Made by a program: the position numbers and the translations under genes. The notes under the pieces are model-generated. The model was not told the DNA's origin. It did not search any database and saw only the letters and a program-made list of their open reading frames with translations. DNA of 25,445 nt from a virus (taxonomy: Duplodnaviria; Caudoviricetes): positions 1 to 25,445 of IMG/VR virus record IMGVR_UViG_3300037657_000090. The stretch is one strand, 5' to 3'. Below are positions 1 to 9,457 of the stretch, piece after piece (position 1 is the first letter of the stretch; every line of letters starts with the position of its first letter).

Positions 1-1255
1 TCCCGCCAACACGGGCAACTCTTTGCCCGGAAGCCTGGTAGTAATAATCTTTGTAGAAATTCGAACTCACATCAACCGGGAATTCAGCAAACGGAAACAG
101 TGGATCAAAACCCATGTATTTGACATAATTATTTGCATTAGCATTCAGATACCCTAGCTGTTCATACGGGCTTGCAAATAGATTACTGGCATAACTGGCT
201 GCATTTTTACACACCCACGCACGAAAATCCGTCACATTAACCCCATCCACAAACTGCCAGACAGACCCCCAAACATTTTCGATCCCTCGATATACCATCG
301 GAGATTTACCATTGTTATTTAATAATAACGATCCTGAACTTGCAGCAATCCCGGAGCTAAATCCATTTTTCCAGCCTATGTTATACAAATAATTTCCGGT
401 CGCAATATTAACTGGAGCACCATCAAACGTTATTGCCTTATTACTGCCATCATAAACGTCAATGCTGGTAATCATGCGTCCATAAAATATCTGGTTTCCT
501 CCCTGGCTCGTACCAATAGCAATCGGCTGGCCAACAGCATAAAGTGCAGCATTTGCGTTTGATACCACAATTCGATTAACAGAATTTTCCGTAACCGTCG
601 CCAGGTGCGTCGTTGTATATTGCCCGGTTGTCCATCCCTGCATTTTGGATTGAGCATCCAGTGTGGCATACTCAACCGTAAATAATACCTGGAGCATGTC
701 ATACACGTGGATGTCCATCTGCTGGTATCCCAACAGTCCACCAACGTTATTCGCAATTGCATAATTTCGAAAATCTACAATATTTTTATTGATTAACGGG
801 AATCTATCGGCTTTAGATTCAAGTTTTCCGCCGCTCTCACTGGCAACATACTTGCCAACATAAATACCATCAAGCCAAACACCATTTACAAAATCGTAAA
901 AACACCAAGGGCAATAAGAACCTGGTATATATTTTTTACAAATGATCCAAACGCGTTTTGTTGGAGTGTCCAGCTTGAGTATATAAAATCGTGGTATCCA
1001 CCTGAATATGTTGCCCAGGCTATCCGTATAATCAACAATCTCCGAAAAGATCTCCGCCAAATCAAAATCATTCGTTGGTGTGCTTGCACCCTCGCCTGCA
1101 TTTGCCACCATACCCACTGAGGCATTTGTGCGCGTCAATGTCACCGTCGCGCTTTTATCCCAACTTACGCCATAAACAGCCGAACCCTTCCAGATCTCGG
1201 TAGCCTCAGAAAATTGTGTTTCGCCCAGGATAGTTACAATCTCATCTCTACGCAC
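1..1255 (-). CDS. Virion protein with CLec/FGE-sulfatase-like (Mtd-like) C-terminal domain, probable DGR target; 3'-truncated by window edge
   Basis: Not in the ORF track. Manual translation gives an uninterrupted frame of 418 codons from GTG at 1255 (1 nt after the upstream TAA, AAGGTG RBS) to base 2: MRRDEIVTILG...GIYVGKYVAS...MVYRGIENVWGSVWQFVDG...DYYYQASGQRVARVGG. These motifs are characteristic of phage DGR target proteins. Confidence 0.8.
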   Translation of the reverse strand, partial: MRRDEIVTILGETQFSEATEIWKGSAVYGVSWDKSATVTLTRTNASVGMVANAGEGASTPTNDFDLAEIFSEIVDYTDSLGNIFRWIPRFYILKLDTPTKRVWIICKKYIPGSYCPWCFYDFVNGVWLDGIYVGKYVASESGGKLESKADRFPLINKNIVDFRNYAIANNVGGLLGYQQMDIHVYDMLQVLFTVEYATLDAQSKMQGWTTGQYTTTHLATVTENSVNRIVVSNANAALYAVGQPIAIGTSQGGNQIFYGRMITSIDVYDGSNKAITFDGAPVNIATGNYLYNIGWKNGFSSGIAASSGSLLLNNNGKSPMVYRGIENVWGSVWQFVDGVNVTDFRAWVCKNAASYASNLFASPYEQLGYLNANANNYVKYMGFDPLFPFAEFPVDVSSNFYKDYYYQASGQRVARVGG

Positions 1256-1256
1256 G

Positions 1257-1601
1257 TTACACCTTACTCAATAATTTCACGGTCCGTGCAGCTGTTTGTA
1301 CACTTGCAAAAACTGCTTTGATAAATCTGGCATGGTAAAAATATGAGATATTAACCGGCGTAATCTTGCTCGCAACCACCGGAACGGAATATTCCGACCC
1401 TGTGTCTGGGTTAAGAACAGGATAATAATTCGTTCCATCAATGCTGGTTTCAAAAGTCATATTCGTACCGTCTATTTCCGCTGGAATTGCCACTCCACAA
1501 AATGTCGCACCTCGCATGTCGCCAGCTGCGGACTTTGTTCCATTCAGTGCCACCACCACATCTACACCAAATTTTGCTACCGGATAACTTCCTATTCCCA
1601 T
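1257..1601 (-). CDS. Hypothetical virion/head accessory protein (114 aa, beta-rich)
   Basis: ORF 1257..1625; start revised to ATG 1601 behind a GGAAGGAGG RBS; lies in the structural operon downstream of the capsid gene. Confidence 0.7.
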   Translation of the reverse strand: MGIGSYPVAKFGVDVVVALNGTKSAAGDMRGATFCGVAIPAEIDGTNMTFETSIDGTNYYPVLNPDTGSEYSVPVVASKITPVNISYFYHARFIKAVFASVQTAARTVKLLSKV

Positions 1602-1615
1602 GATTCCTCCTTCCC

Positions 1616-1654
1616 GTAAGGGCAAAGCATTTTATCTCTTCAAAAATGCTTCCT
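1616..1654 (+). repeat. REP-like hairpin copy 1 (degenerate right arm)
   Basis: GTAAGGGCAAAGCATTTTATCTCTTCAAAAATGCTTCC. Confidence 0.8.
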
Positions 1655-1661
1655 TCATATC

Positions 1662-1704
1662 GTACGGGTAAAGCATTTTTATCTCTTCAAAAATGCTTTA
1701 CCCT
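1662..1704 (+). repeat. REP-like hairpin copy 2
   Basis: GTACGGGTAAAGCATTTTTATCTCTTCAAAAATGCTTTACCCT, with perfect inverted arms. Confidence 0.9.
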
Positions 1705-1709
1705 GTTCT

Positions 1710-2297
1710 TTACACAATAAAAAACAGATCCATCACCTTCGCGCCATTCGGGGTCCCGTTCAGCGCAAAAAGATTTTTCTCCACCTCATCGCTATCCACA
1801 GTCAACGACCCGGTATCAGCCGAGCCATCAAACAGCTTCACCAGCAAACAGGCAGAATTGGCCAAAATCGCGGGCATCCCGAATTTCTTGCCAATACCAA
1901 TGGAAACCGTATCCGTCCCGGCGTGCACTTCCACCGGCAATTGCACACTCGTCACCTCTTTAAATGCCTTCACGCCTTCCACTTCGGTGGCACCGTTCAA
2001 CGCAATCGTATCGGTAATCGTCGCACCGGCTGCATTTTTCCCGGTCACAACCACATTACCGGTAATCCCGGAGGCATTCCCTTTGGCTGTCACCGTCCGC
2101 GGAAAATCAGGATTGGTAATTCCTGCCGTAATCGTCTGCACAGCATCAGTCATTGCAGTCGCTGCCAATACAGCAACCGCCGAGATCGCAGCTGGTGCAA
2201 TCAGATAATGTCCAACAAACCCACGGTCAAAAGGCACTACCCCCGCCTCACCCTGGATCTTCTGCCCTAAATTTGGATTAAAAGGGTAAAAACTCAT
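1710..2297 (-). CDS. Putative head decoration/structural protein (195 aa)
   Basis: Ala/Gly/Thr/Val-rich ORF directly downstream of the major capsid gene, with an AAGAAGGA RBS; function inferred from position. Confidence 0.7.
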   Translation of the reverse strand: MSFYPFNPNLGQKIQGEAGVVPFDRGFVGHYLIAPAAISAVAVLAATAMTDAVQTITAGITNPDFPRTVTAKGNASGITGNVVVTGKNAAGATITDTIALNGATEVEGVKAFKEVTSVQLPVEVHAGTDTVSIGIGKKFGMPAILANSACLLVKLFDGSADTGSLTVDSDEVEKNLFALNGTPNGAKVMDLFFIV

Positions 2298-2314
2298 ATT
2301 TTCCTTCTTTCTTT

Positions 2315-2357
2315 GTATGGGTAAAGCATTTCATCTTTTCGAAATGCTTTACCCCCT
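2315..2357 (+). repeat. REP-like hairpin copy 3, abutting a 7-mer tract (CTCAAAA CTCAAAA CTCAATC CTGAATC, 2356-2386)
   Basis: GTATGGGTAAAGCATTTCATCTTTTCGAAATGCTTTACCC. Confidence 0.9.
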
Positions 2358-2388
2358 CAAAACTCAAAACTCAATCCTGAATCCTGTC

Positions 2389-3327
2389 CTACGGCACCAA
2401 AACCGCAAATGGATAGCGGGTGCCTGCATTCGTGTTCACCCGGTTAATCGGATTCGGTAATTGGAATCCCAACCGCATGTGCAGTTTCAAAGCCACCATG
2501 TTCTGTTGGAACAGGTTGCTGATCACGACACCGTTACCATCCGAAATCACACCCTGGGTGCTGATCTCGAATTCAATATCCTGGCGGAAGGAATAAACCA
2601 GATGTCTCCACTGTCCGGCAATCAACGGATAATTGACAGAAGGTACCCCATTCTCCGGGAAGTAAATCGGAGTCCCATCCAGGGTGTATTGCATCGGTGC
2701 AGCTGGATCCCGATTGAAAATCGGAACACCCTCTCCGGAGCGCACGCCACGCAGCTTGCCCTTCATACCCAGATGGGCATAACAACCGGTCACGCCGAAC
2801 CCATCATTTTCCACCAGCGCAAACAACCCACTCTCGCCCAGAATGTCATCATACAGGTCAGCGCCTGTCCCGATGGTCACACTGTGCCCGGCGGCTGCCG
2901 CAGCGGTAACAATCGCGGTTGGCCATGTTCCCGGTTTGTTGGTGCCAAACAATACGGCAGCTTCAATCGCTGCCATTGCCGCGTTCTTCATTTCCGGCTT
3001 GATCTCATCCCACAAAGGCACCTTCGCATCCCGCAGGGTATTCTTCGCGATCGGGACGATCACGGATAGATCCTCAGCGTAAATGGTCTTATCCTCCCAG
3101 TTAACCTCGGAGGTCTGAGCCAATCCGGTTTCAGATCCGTTAAAATACGCGGTTGCCATCGCGCTCAGCACGGGCAATTTTTCCTCATAAACCGACATAT
3201 TGCGCAGTCTGCGCGCCATCTTGAGCATCGCGCTTTCCTGCTCAATCGAATTCAACAATTCATAACTCACTTCGACTGGGACAATACTGTCAACATCAGC
3301 TCGATTAATTACACTATCGTATGGCAT
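2389..3327 (-). CDS. Major capsid protein (HK97 fold)
   Basis: 312 aa after the scaffold gene; motifs IVPVEVS, AEDLSVIVPI, AIEAAVLFG and NLFQQNMVALKLHMRLGF are typical of Phage_capsid proteins. Confidence 0.92.
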   Translation of the reverse strand: MPYDSVINRADVDSIVPVEVSYELLNSIEQESAMLKMARRLRNMSVYEEKLPVLSAMATAYFNGSETGLAQTSEVNWEDKTIYAEDLSVIVPIAKNTLRDAKVPLWDEIKPEMKNAAMAAIEAAVLFGTNKPGTWPTAIVTAAAAAGHSVTIGTGADLYDDILGESGLFALVENDGFGVTGCYAHLGMKGKLRGVRSGEGVPIFNRDPAAPMQYTLDGTPIYFPENGVPSVNYPLIAGQWRHLVYSFRQDIEFEISTQGVISDGNGVVISNLFQQNMVALKLHMRLGFQLPNPINRVNTNAGTRYPFAVLVP

Positions 3328-3354
3328 TTCAATAACCTTTCTCCCTCATCGGGT

Positions 3355-3822
3355 CTATTGCACCCTCGTCCGGATCCATTCGTTCATGTCGGCTTTGCCA
3401 GTGTTATTCCCCTGGTTGCTGCCCTCACCCGCATTTCCTTTCGGTTGCGGTTCACTCCCAAACATTTCCGGATAGGACGCCTTAAGTCCATCAAAATCAA
3501 TTTTTTCTTTGGATACCAAACCATCGGCCTGCGCCAGCAAAAAAGCCGCTTTCGGATTTTTGATCCCGGCACCAATCGCCGATTCATAAAACTTCGCCTG
3601 CAGTTCTGTTTTCTCCAGTTTGTCAACCATCCCGGTCAACTTGGATTCCGCATCACTGCCTTTATCAGCCAGGTCACGCAGTTTTTTGAGCTCTTTCAAA
3701 TCATCCTTGCGTAAATCCCTCTCGGATTGCAACGCAGTTTTCAATCCACTCACATGCTCTTCAAACATGCTCTTAATTTCATCTGTCTGATCTTTCAACC
3801 AATCTTCAAACTTTGTAGGCAT
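3355..3822 (-). CDS. Capsid scaffolding protein
   Basis: 155 aa coiled-coil (LKTALQSER...), LKASYPEMFG motif and Gly/Asn-rich tail; lies between portal and capsid genes. Confidence 0.85.
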   Translation of the reverse strand: MPTKFEDWLKDQTDEIKSMFEEHVSGLKTALQSERDLRKDDLKELKKLRDLADKGSDAESKLTGMVDKLEKTELQAKFYESAIGAGIKNPKAAFLLAQADGLVSKEKIDFDGLKASYPEMFGSEPQPKGNAGEGSNQGNNTGKADMNEWIRTRVQ

Positions 3823-3840
3823 CTCGCCCTCCTATTTTTG

Positions 3841-5196
3841 TTATTCGAGCTTCTCGCTCGATGATTCAGATGAGGAAGAATTTTCTCCACCATCAAAATT
3901 TCGTTGTTGCATCAGCAAAGCCTCTGCCAGGTTTCTCGCCTTGCGTTGGTCTGCCTCATCAATCTCACCCTTCACCCGCTTCAACTCCGCCTGGGTCTTA
4001 CCCCTCCACCGCAGGCTCGTCATCAACGGGATCCCGCTCGTCACTTCTGTTTGGATCGTCTGTGCATCCGTGTAAGGCTGGATCGTTTCCGGTCGGTCAA
4101 ATACCGGCAACACATCCTGACGGGATACGTCCAGCCCCTTCGTCTTAGCCACAAAAACCGCCAGCTCTTTCAAAACCGGCATCATTCTGTCAATCCGATC
4201 CTGTACTTTCCTGTTCAGCGGCGCTTCCATCGCAATCAGCGCCTCTCCAGATGGATCACCTCCTTGCCTGTAAAAATAATGCTTCGGGGTCCTGCTGATC
4301 ACACCCATGCTCGAGGCAAACCGCTCGATCGATTGGATGTAATTTTTGAGATCCGTGGAGGAGAATTCACCCACCTGGGATTCCTGTCCAATCCCGTCTC
4401 CTCCCGGTATCTCCCAAACCGCCCCCGGTTCGCTGCTCAATTTTCCATCCGTCTGCGCGTTAGAAATAATCCAGCGCTGGCGGAAGGCACTGAATTCCGA
4501 TGCAACCATCATGTCATTGATCAATTTATTGACGGCGTTCTGCAGCGGAACGATATTTTTGAGGTCCGAATATCCCCGTTTATTTAGCTTAAAGTGAAAA
4601 ACTGGCACCATCCCATAAGGATTTTTCGCCACGCCTTTTTTGCCTTCTTTGGTATACAACACAAATTTATCCGCGCTCGCCACATCATCGCCTTCAGCAA
4701 TGTAATATTCGATCTGCTCCGGATAATACAGCGTCATCCGTGTGTTCTTTTTATCCGCTGTCACCCACAATTTGGCTGCATATTTCTTTTTCCTCGGATT
4801 TTCCACATCATAAAAGACATGGCACACCCGCGGATCGTTGTAATAAGTCCCCTCTCCAGGCCACGAGATTAAATAACCCTCACTCGCCACCATCATCGCT
4901 TCAGCCACATCATCGCTTTCAATCGAAAGTTCAGATAACTCATATTCCTGGTCTAAAACAGCCTGAACCTTTTTATCTTCCACTTCCCAGCGTTTAAAAC
5001 TGATCCGCTCTTTACAGGTATCAATCACCACCGCGCACCAGTTCTCAGCAAAATAAGCATCCAACCCCTTGAAAATATTGTGCAAACGACTGGCGAGGTA
5101 CATCAACGGCTGGTTGCCATCGTAATAATCATACAATTGCTGGTAATTCTTTTGTTTTAATCGGATCAAATCAAACGCCTGGCTTAAATCAGTCAT
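3841..5196 (-). CDS. Portal protein (SPP1 gp6-like)
   Basis: LYDYYDGNQP, NWCAVVID, NPYGMVPVFHF and SGEALIAMEAPL motifs; start revised to 5196, giving an ATGA overlap with the TerL stop. Confidence 0.92.
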   Translation of the reverse strand: MTDLSQAFDLIRLKQKNYQQLYDYYDGNQPLMYLASRLHNIFKGLDAYFAENWCAVVIDTCKERISFKRWEVEDKKVQAVLDQEYELSELSIESDDVAEAMMVASEGYLISWPGEGTYYNDPRVCHVFYDVENPRKKKYAAKLWVTADKKNTRMTLYYPEQIEYYIAEGDDVASADKFVLYTKEGKKGVAKNPYGMVPVFHFKLNKRGYSDLKNIVPLQNAVNKLINDMMVASEFSAFRQRWIISNAQTDGKLSSEPGAVWEIPGGDGIGQESQVGEFSSTDLKNYIQSIERFASSMGVISRTPKHYFYRQGGDPSGEALIAMEAPLNRKVQDRIDRMMPVLKELAVFVAKTKGLDVSRQDVLPVFDRPETIQPYTDAQTIQTEVTSGIPLMTSLRWRGKTQAELKRVKGEIDEADQRKARNLAEALLMQQRNFDGGENSSSSESSSEKLE

Positions 5197-6767
5197 GCCC
5201 AACTCCTCTGTCTCATCTTGCGTTGCTCTCCCTTCCCGTACATCGGCCACATCTTAATCCCGCCGCTGATCGTATCCACCTGGTCATCATGTTTCCGCTG
5301 TGGGAATCCAATCGCCTCGGATAAAAATGTCCGCGTCCATGCACCCCGCACCAGGTAAACCTTGCCTGCCACGCATCGCGATCGTAAAGGCCGCGCCCGC
5401 GTAACCTTGTCCTTATCCACCGTAATCGGGTAAATCGGCACATTCACCAACCGGCGATTCTTCATAAATTCCCGGAAAGCCAGCTTCTGAAAGGCGTTTG
5501 CTTCCACACCCCACACAACATTCCGCTCTTCTGGCGAGAGCATCACGTCCACCATCACCGAAACAAAGCGGTCATACTCATGCACCCGCACCATATCCCG
5601 GATATACAGATTCGCATCCCCATCAAAAGCAATCCGTCCACATGCATTCCAGTCCGCCCGCTCACTCTCACCCAGGGCAATATCCAGATACCCCATCCAC
5701 ACCAGACCTTCCGGAGCATGATCAATAATCTTGAAACTTTTCTGGTCAAAAAATCCACCGCTCAACAACCTTGGAAGCTGCTGATACAGCGAGGAAAATT
5801 CATAATCCTCAATATTCGCCGCGATCATATCCAGTGCCTCGCGTGGATACTTCTCCGGCCATAACGCCTCACCAGCTTTGCGACCCAGCGCGTCACCCAT
5901 TTCCATGGTTGGCAGGTAAAGTCCTTCCAATAGATTCTTCTGAAATTCCTCCTCGTTCGGAGCATACTCATCTTCTTCCAGTGCAATCGCAGGCAAAAAT
6001 AAAACATCATATTGATCCGCCAGCGGGTCATCGCTCGCCATCTTTTGCAGCAAATGACCAATCACATCATCCGGATGCCAGCGTGTATGGATAATCACAA
6101 TCGCAGCCCCATCTTCCAACCGCGTATAAGCCGAGCTGTTCCACCAGCTGATCACCCGTGCGCGATGGTCCTCACTCTCCGCCTCTTCCCGGTTTTTGAA
6201 AGGATCATCCAGAATTAACAAATGCGCCCCCTTACCAGTAATACCGCCACCCACACCGGCTGCCACCACACCACCCCGATGCGGATCAGCCAGACTCCAG
6301 CTCGAGGCACTCCGGCTGTCATCGGAGAGAGAAACACTATCATCCACCGAAGACCGTGCGCCAAAAACATTCTGATACCGTTCCGATTGCAAATAATTAC
6401 GCACCGATCTGGAATTCTCCGTCGCCAGGTCAGCCCCATAACTCGTCAAAATAACCCGTGAATCAGGCAGTCGGCCCAATAACCACGAGGGAAAAATCTT
6501 ACTCACAATCTCAGTCTTTCCCGAGCGTGGATGAACCTGAATAACCAATCGGCCAATTCCCTCTTTACCTTTGGTCGCAATATAACGTTCCACCTGTTCC
6601 AGCTTTTCAGCAATCATCTTATGATGAGGGGCAGCCCCATACCAGGAAAGCAAATATTCGGAAAATGCAATCAATTTCCGTCTCGCCAGCGCCCTCCGCG
6701 CCAGCTCAGCGCGTGCACTACTCGAATTATTCGCCTTCTTAGTTTCTTTTACCGTCGTAACTGCCAT
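5193..6767 (-). CDS. terL: Terminase large subunit
   Basis: Walker A VHPRSGKT, Walker B LLILDDP, IHTRWH motif, nuclease motifs YLDIA and HDDQVD. Confidence 0.95.
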   Translation of the reverse strand: MAVTTVKETKKANNSSSARAELARRALARRKLIAFSEYLLSWYGAAPHHKMIAEKLEQVERYIATKGKEGIGRLVIQVHPRSGKTEIVSKIFPSWLLGRLPDSRVILTSYGADLATENSRSVRNYLQSERYQNVFGARSSVDDSVSLSDDSRSASSWSLADPHRGGVVAAGVGGGITGKGAHLLILDDPFKNREEAESEDHRARVISWWNSSAYTRLEDGAAIVIIHTRWHPDDVIGHLLQKMASDDPLADQYDVLFLPAIALEEDEYAPNEEEFQKNLLEGLYLPTMEMGDALGRKAGEALWPEKYPREALDMIAANIEDYEFSSLYQQLPRLLSGGFFDQKSFKIIDHAPEGLVWMGYLDIALGESERADWNACGRIAFDGDANLYIRDMVRVHEYDRFVSVMVDVMLSPEERNVVWGVEANAFQKLAFREFMKNRRLVNVPIYPITVDKDKVTRARPLRSRCVAGKVYLVRGAWTRTFLSEAIGFPQRKHDDQVDTISGGIKMWPMYGKGEQRKMRQRSWA

Positions 6768-6796
6768 CTTTTTCCTTCTGCCTCAATCCTCAATCC

Positions 6797-7447
6797 TCAA
6801 TCCTCTTCCTGTGAGCTATCAGCTGTGAGCTGTGAGCTATCTTTCATCGATCCAGCCAATTTGATCAGCTCCTCATCCGTCATTTCATCCAGATCCTTCA
6901 ACCTGGCATCTTTAACATTAATATTCTGGCTGGGTGTGTAATCGCCCAACATCTTCAAAGCCAGCTCCCGGTCATTATGATTCTTATAATCCGCGTTCGT
7001 CGCGCTCTTGATCAGCGCATCATAAATGTCTGCCCGGTGCTCATACAGCGGAGCCGCCTGGAAGGTAGCAATCACCTCATCAATCGCAGGGTTTCGCGTT
7101 CTCCAGGTATAAATCTGTCGATCGCTCGTCAAACCCAAAACCTGTCGTGCCAGCTCATCCTGATTTTTCGGCCAGCGTGTTTTTTTCGGGCTGCCAGCCC
7201 AGGCAATATAAGCCGCCACCCGCCACGGCCAGCCTGCATCCCGTAATTGCAAATAATCCTGCATCCAGGGAGTTTCATCCAGAGATCTCACTTCCAGCGC
7301 CTGACGTGCGCTCTCACTTCTGCGCCGTGCCTCCTCAGGGCTCACCCATCCAGCCTCATCCGTGGATGTCTCCTCCAAAGGAATATCCAGCCCCAAAGCC
7401 AATTGCTGAAAATGATCAAAATCTGATTTATTCGGGATCGGCATCAC
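6797..7447 (-). CDS. terS: Terminase small subunit
   Basis: HTH-like segment (QDELARQVLGLTSDRQIYTWR), C-terminal DLDEMTDEEL, immediately upstream of terL. Confidence 0.78.
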   Translation of the reverse strand: MMPIPNKSDFDHFQQLALGLDIPLEETSTDEAGWVSPEEARRRSESARQALEVRSLDETPWMQDYLQLRDAGWPWRVAAYIAWAGSPKKTRWPKNQDELARQVLGLTSDRQIYTWRTRNPAIDEVIATFQAAPLYEHRADIYDALIKSATNADYKNHNDRELALKMLGDYTPSQNINVKDARLKDLDEMTDEELIKLAGSMKDSSQLTADSSQEED

Positions 7448-8486
7448 TCACTCCTAAATAACGCACCCCGCCAGTCTCAATTGCAACCCATCGCTCGGGG
7501 TAATCCTGGATCTTCGCCCACATATCCGTTCCGCCAATCTCCAAAATCGGCACGCTTTCCCCGCGCACCAAATCTCCAACGTCCGAGAATCTCACTCCTG
7601 GACCCGTCCGCACATTTACCTTCTGTGTCAACACCGTCCCCTGTAAGGGCTGGTGTCCTTGCCCAGTCTCCGGTCCCCCGTCTCCCGTCCCCGGCGGTAT
7701 TGGTTGTGTATTTCCTGTCGACTGTCCACTTTCCACTTTAAACTGAAAACTTCTTATCGCCTCCCAACCCCCCGGAATATAAATCCGGCTGCTGCGCATC
7801 TCCCAAAAATTGAAACCAGGCAAACCCAGACGTTTCGCGGTCGCCATAAAATCAACCATCTCCGATGCCTTCGCCTCCCAGCCATGCTCTTTATAAGCTG
7901 CCCCGGTCGGGTAAATTGGAAGTTTATAATTCAGGTTTTTATACTCTTTCAAACATCGTTCCAGCTGCGCACCCGCATTCGTCGCCCCAGCCCAATAAAC
8001 CTGCGGAGCGCTGAAATCGCAATACGGCATAAACGCATCAAACACAAATTCAGGGTGTAAAACCGGAAACCGGTACGTAGATAATCCGATGGGTAAATCC
8101 GGAAAGGCAGCTCGCAAGCGTTTCATATATCGTTTAGCCTGTTCAGCCATCCCGGGTTGCTTAAATTCCAGCTCAGCATTCACCACAAACCCGTCCAGAT
8201 CAAACTCCCTGATCCGTCGAATCGCCATGTCCGCTTCCAGCTCTGGGTAACGCCCATAAATATATTGCCATCCCCAGGCAGAGATCCCACGCATTCGCAA
8301 AGCAGCCACCAGCGCAGGCACCCGGTCATGTCCCAACGGATCGATGTTATAACGCCCCGGACCATCCGCAACCTTGATCCACGCATTCGTGATATTCGCC
8401 TCTTCCAGCAAATCCGCAATCTTATTAACATCCCCGTCCTCGGTAAAGCGGATCATCCAGATAAACATCCCTTTGCCAAACAACAT
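7428..8486 (-). CDS. Endolysin: glycoside-hydrolase (GH25-like TIM barrel) domain plus SH3b cell-wall-binding domain
   Basis: AWIKVADG, AWGWQY, GFVVNAE and APQVYW motifs; Gly/Pro linker; C-terminal VNVRTGPG...W SH3b signature. Start 8486 or 8498. Confidence 0.85.
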   Translation of the reverse strand: MLFGKGMFIWMIRFTEDGDVNKIADLLEEANITNAWIKVADGPGRYNIDPLGHDRVPALVAALRMRGISAWGWQYIYGRYPELEADMAIRRIREFDLDGFVVNAELEFKQPGMAEQAKRYMKRLRAAFPDLPIGLSTYRFPVLHPEFVFDAFMPYCDFSAPQVYWAGATNAGAQLERCLKEYKNLNYKLPIYPTGAAYKEHGWEAKASEMVDFMATAKRLGLPGFNFWEMRSSRIYIPGGWEAIRSFQFKVESGQSTGNTQPIPPGTGDGGPETGQGHQPLQGTVLTQKVNVRTGPGVRFSDVGDLVRGESVPILEIGGTDMWAKIQDYPERWVAIETGGVRYLGVSDADPE

Positions 8487-8487
8487 A

Positions 8488-8817
8488 TCAACCACCAATC
8501 ACTAACTTAATCAAAAGCGCGGTCAAACCGGCAGTACTGATCCCCAACAGCCACTTCAAAATATTATTGGTATGTACCAAGGCATCCAGCGTTTTCTTGA
8601 TTGTTTTAATCTCGTTGCCATGCTCATCAATCGTTCTCCACGCCGCGTCAATCCGTCCAGATAATATTGGCTGACAACCGGCTTCCCGTGTTTCCACCAC
8701 CCGAACACGCTCTTCCACGCCTGACATCAATTTTTCCAACCGCTCAAAACCCTTTTCCATGCGTTCTCCAAGCGTTCCGATTTGTTTTTCCAGACCCCTC
8801 AACTCGTTATCTGTCAT
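8488..8817 (-). CDS. XhlA-like holin/lysis protein (coiled coil plus C-terminal TM)
   Basis: Coiled coil followed by KWLLGISTAGLTALLI; sits between holin and lysin; start revised to 8817, just after the upstream stop. Confidence 0.65.
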   Translation of the reverse strand: MTDNELRGLEKQIGTLGERMEKGFERLEKLMSGVEERVRVVETREAGCQPILSGRIDAAWRTIDEHGNEIKTIKKTLDALVHTNNILKWLLGISTAGLTALLIKLVIGG

Positions 8818-8824
8818 GGTAATG

Positions 8825-9277
8825 TCATCCCGCATGATCAGGACCATCACCGGCACTCGGTTGTGAACGTTTCAGCAATGGCTTAATAATCAAATCATGC
8901 AAATAACCTGCGCCCATACCAAACATCACACCGGTCAAAAGCAGACCAAAAATAGTAACCGTGAATGGATTCTGTACCTCAGAAACCACTGCAAATAATT
9001 CAGAAATCAAAAAAATCAAGTCAAGCTGGTACAGGAAGGCAGCCCAAACACCAAGTCCACAGGTAAAAATAGCAATCAAACCCTCGCGTAATTTCGTTTT
9101 ACTCAGCCACTCCGCCAGCAATGGAAAAATCGAAACAAGAATCCCCTCAATCTTCCCAAACAAAAACTCTGTCGCAGTCTGAATCACCAAAGCCAGGAAA
9201 AACATCACCCCCAGCATCACACCCAGCGATCCACCAATCGCCACCAAAACATCCAAAATCAAACCCAAACCTTCCAT
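8825..9277 (-). CDS. Holin-like multi-pass membrane protein
   Basis: Three to four hydrophobic helices, ending GLLLTGVMFGMGAGYLHDLI; start revised to ATG 9277 behind AGGAAGGAG; first gene of the late operon. Confidence 0.72.
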   Translation of the reverse strand: MEGLGLILDVLVAIGGSLGVMLGVMFFLALVIQTATEFLFGKIEGILVSIFPLLAEWLSKTKLREGLIAIFTCGLGVWAAFLYQLDLIFLISELFAVVSEVQNPFTVTIFGLLLTGVMFGMGAGYLHDLIIKPLLKRSQPSAGDGPDHAG

Positions 9278-9301
9278 CTCTTCTCTCCTTCCTCTTTCTT
9301 T

Positions 9302-9343
9302 GTATGGGCAAAGCATTTTATCTCCTCAAAATGCTTTGCCCCT
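9302..9343 (+). repeat. REP-like hairpin copy 4
   Basis: GTATGGGCAAAGCATTTTATCTCCTCAAAATGCTTTGCCCCT. Confidence 0.9.
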
Positions 9344-9402
9344 CTTGCCCTCGCTCCGCGGGGGTTGCGTTCTCTGCGCCCTTAGCTATCTTTGCGTTAA
9401 CC

Positions 9403-9441
9403 AAAAAACGCCCACACTGGACACAAAATCCAATGTAGGCG
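9403..9441 (-). terminator. Intrinsic terminator in the late-operon leader
   Basis: Minus strand CGCCTACATTGGA-loop-TCCAGTGTGGGCG-TTTTTT: 13-bp stem with two G.U pairs, then a U6 tract. Confidence 0.7.
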
Positions 9442-9457
9442 CTCATCTCTACCAATT

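Noticed and set aside
27-39. CCGGAAGCCTGGT repeated at 22820-22832 as a possible DGR template repeat
   Set aside because: Only 13 bp, flanks do not align, and it lies in the repressor coding sequence; no TR or RT was seen in the window.
472-1125. ORF-track proteins 472..762 and 886..1125
   Set aside because: They are alternative-frame shadows of the long 1..1255 gene, which has no stop or frameshift.
1616-1704. Tandem hairpin pair as a CRISPR mini-array
   Set aside because: Only ~7 nt separate the copies, there is no spacer-length unique sequence, the other copies are dispersed and no cas genes are present.
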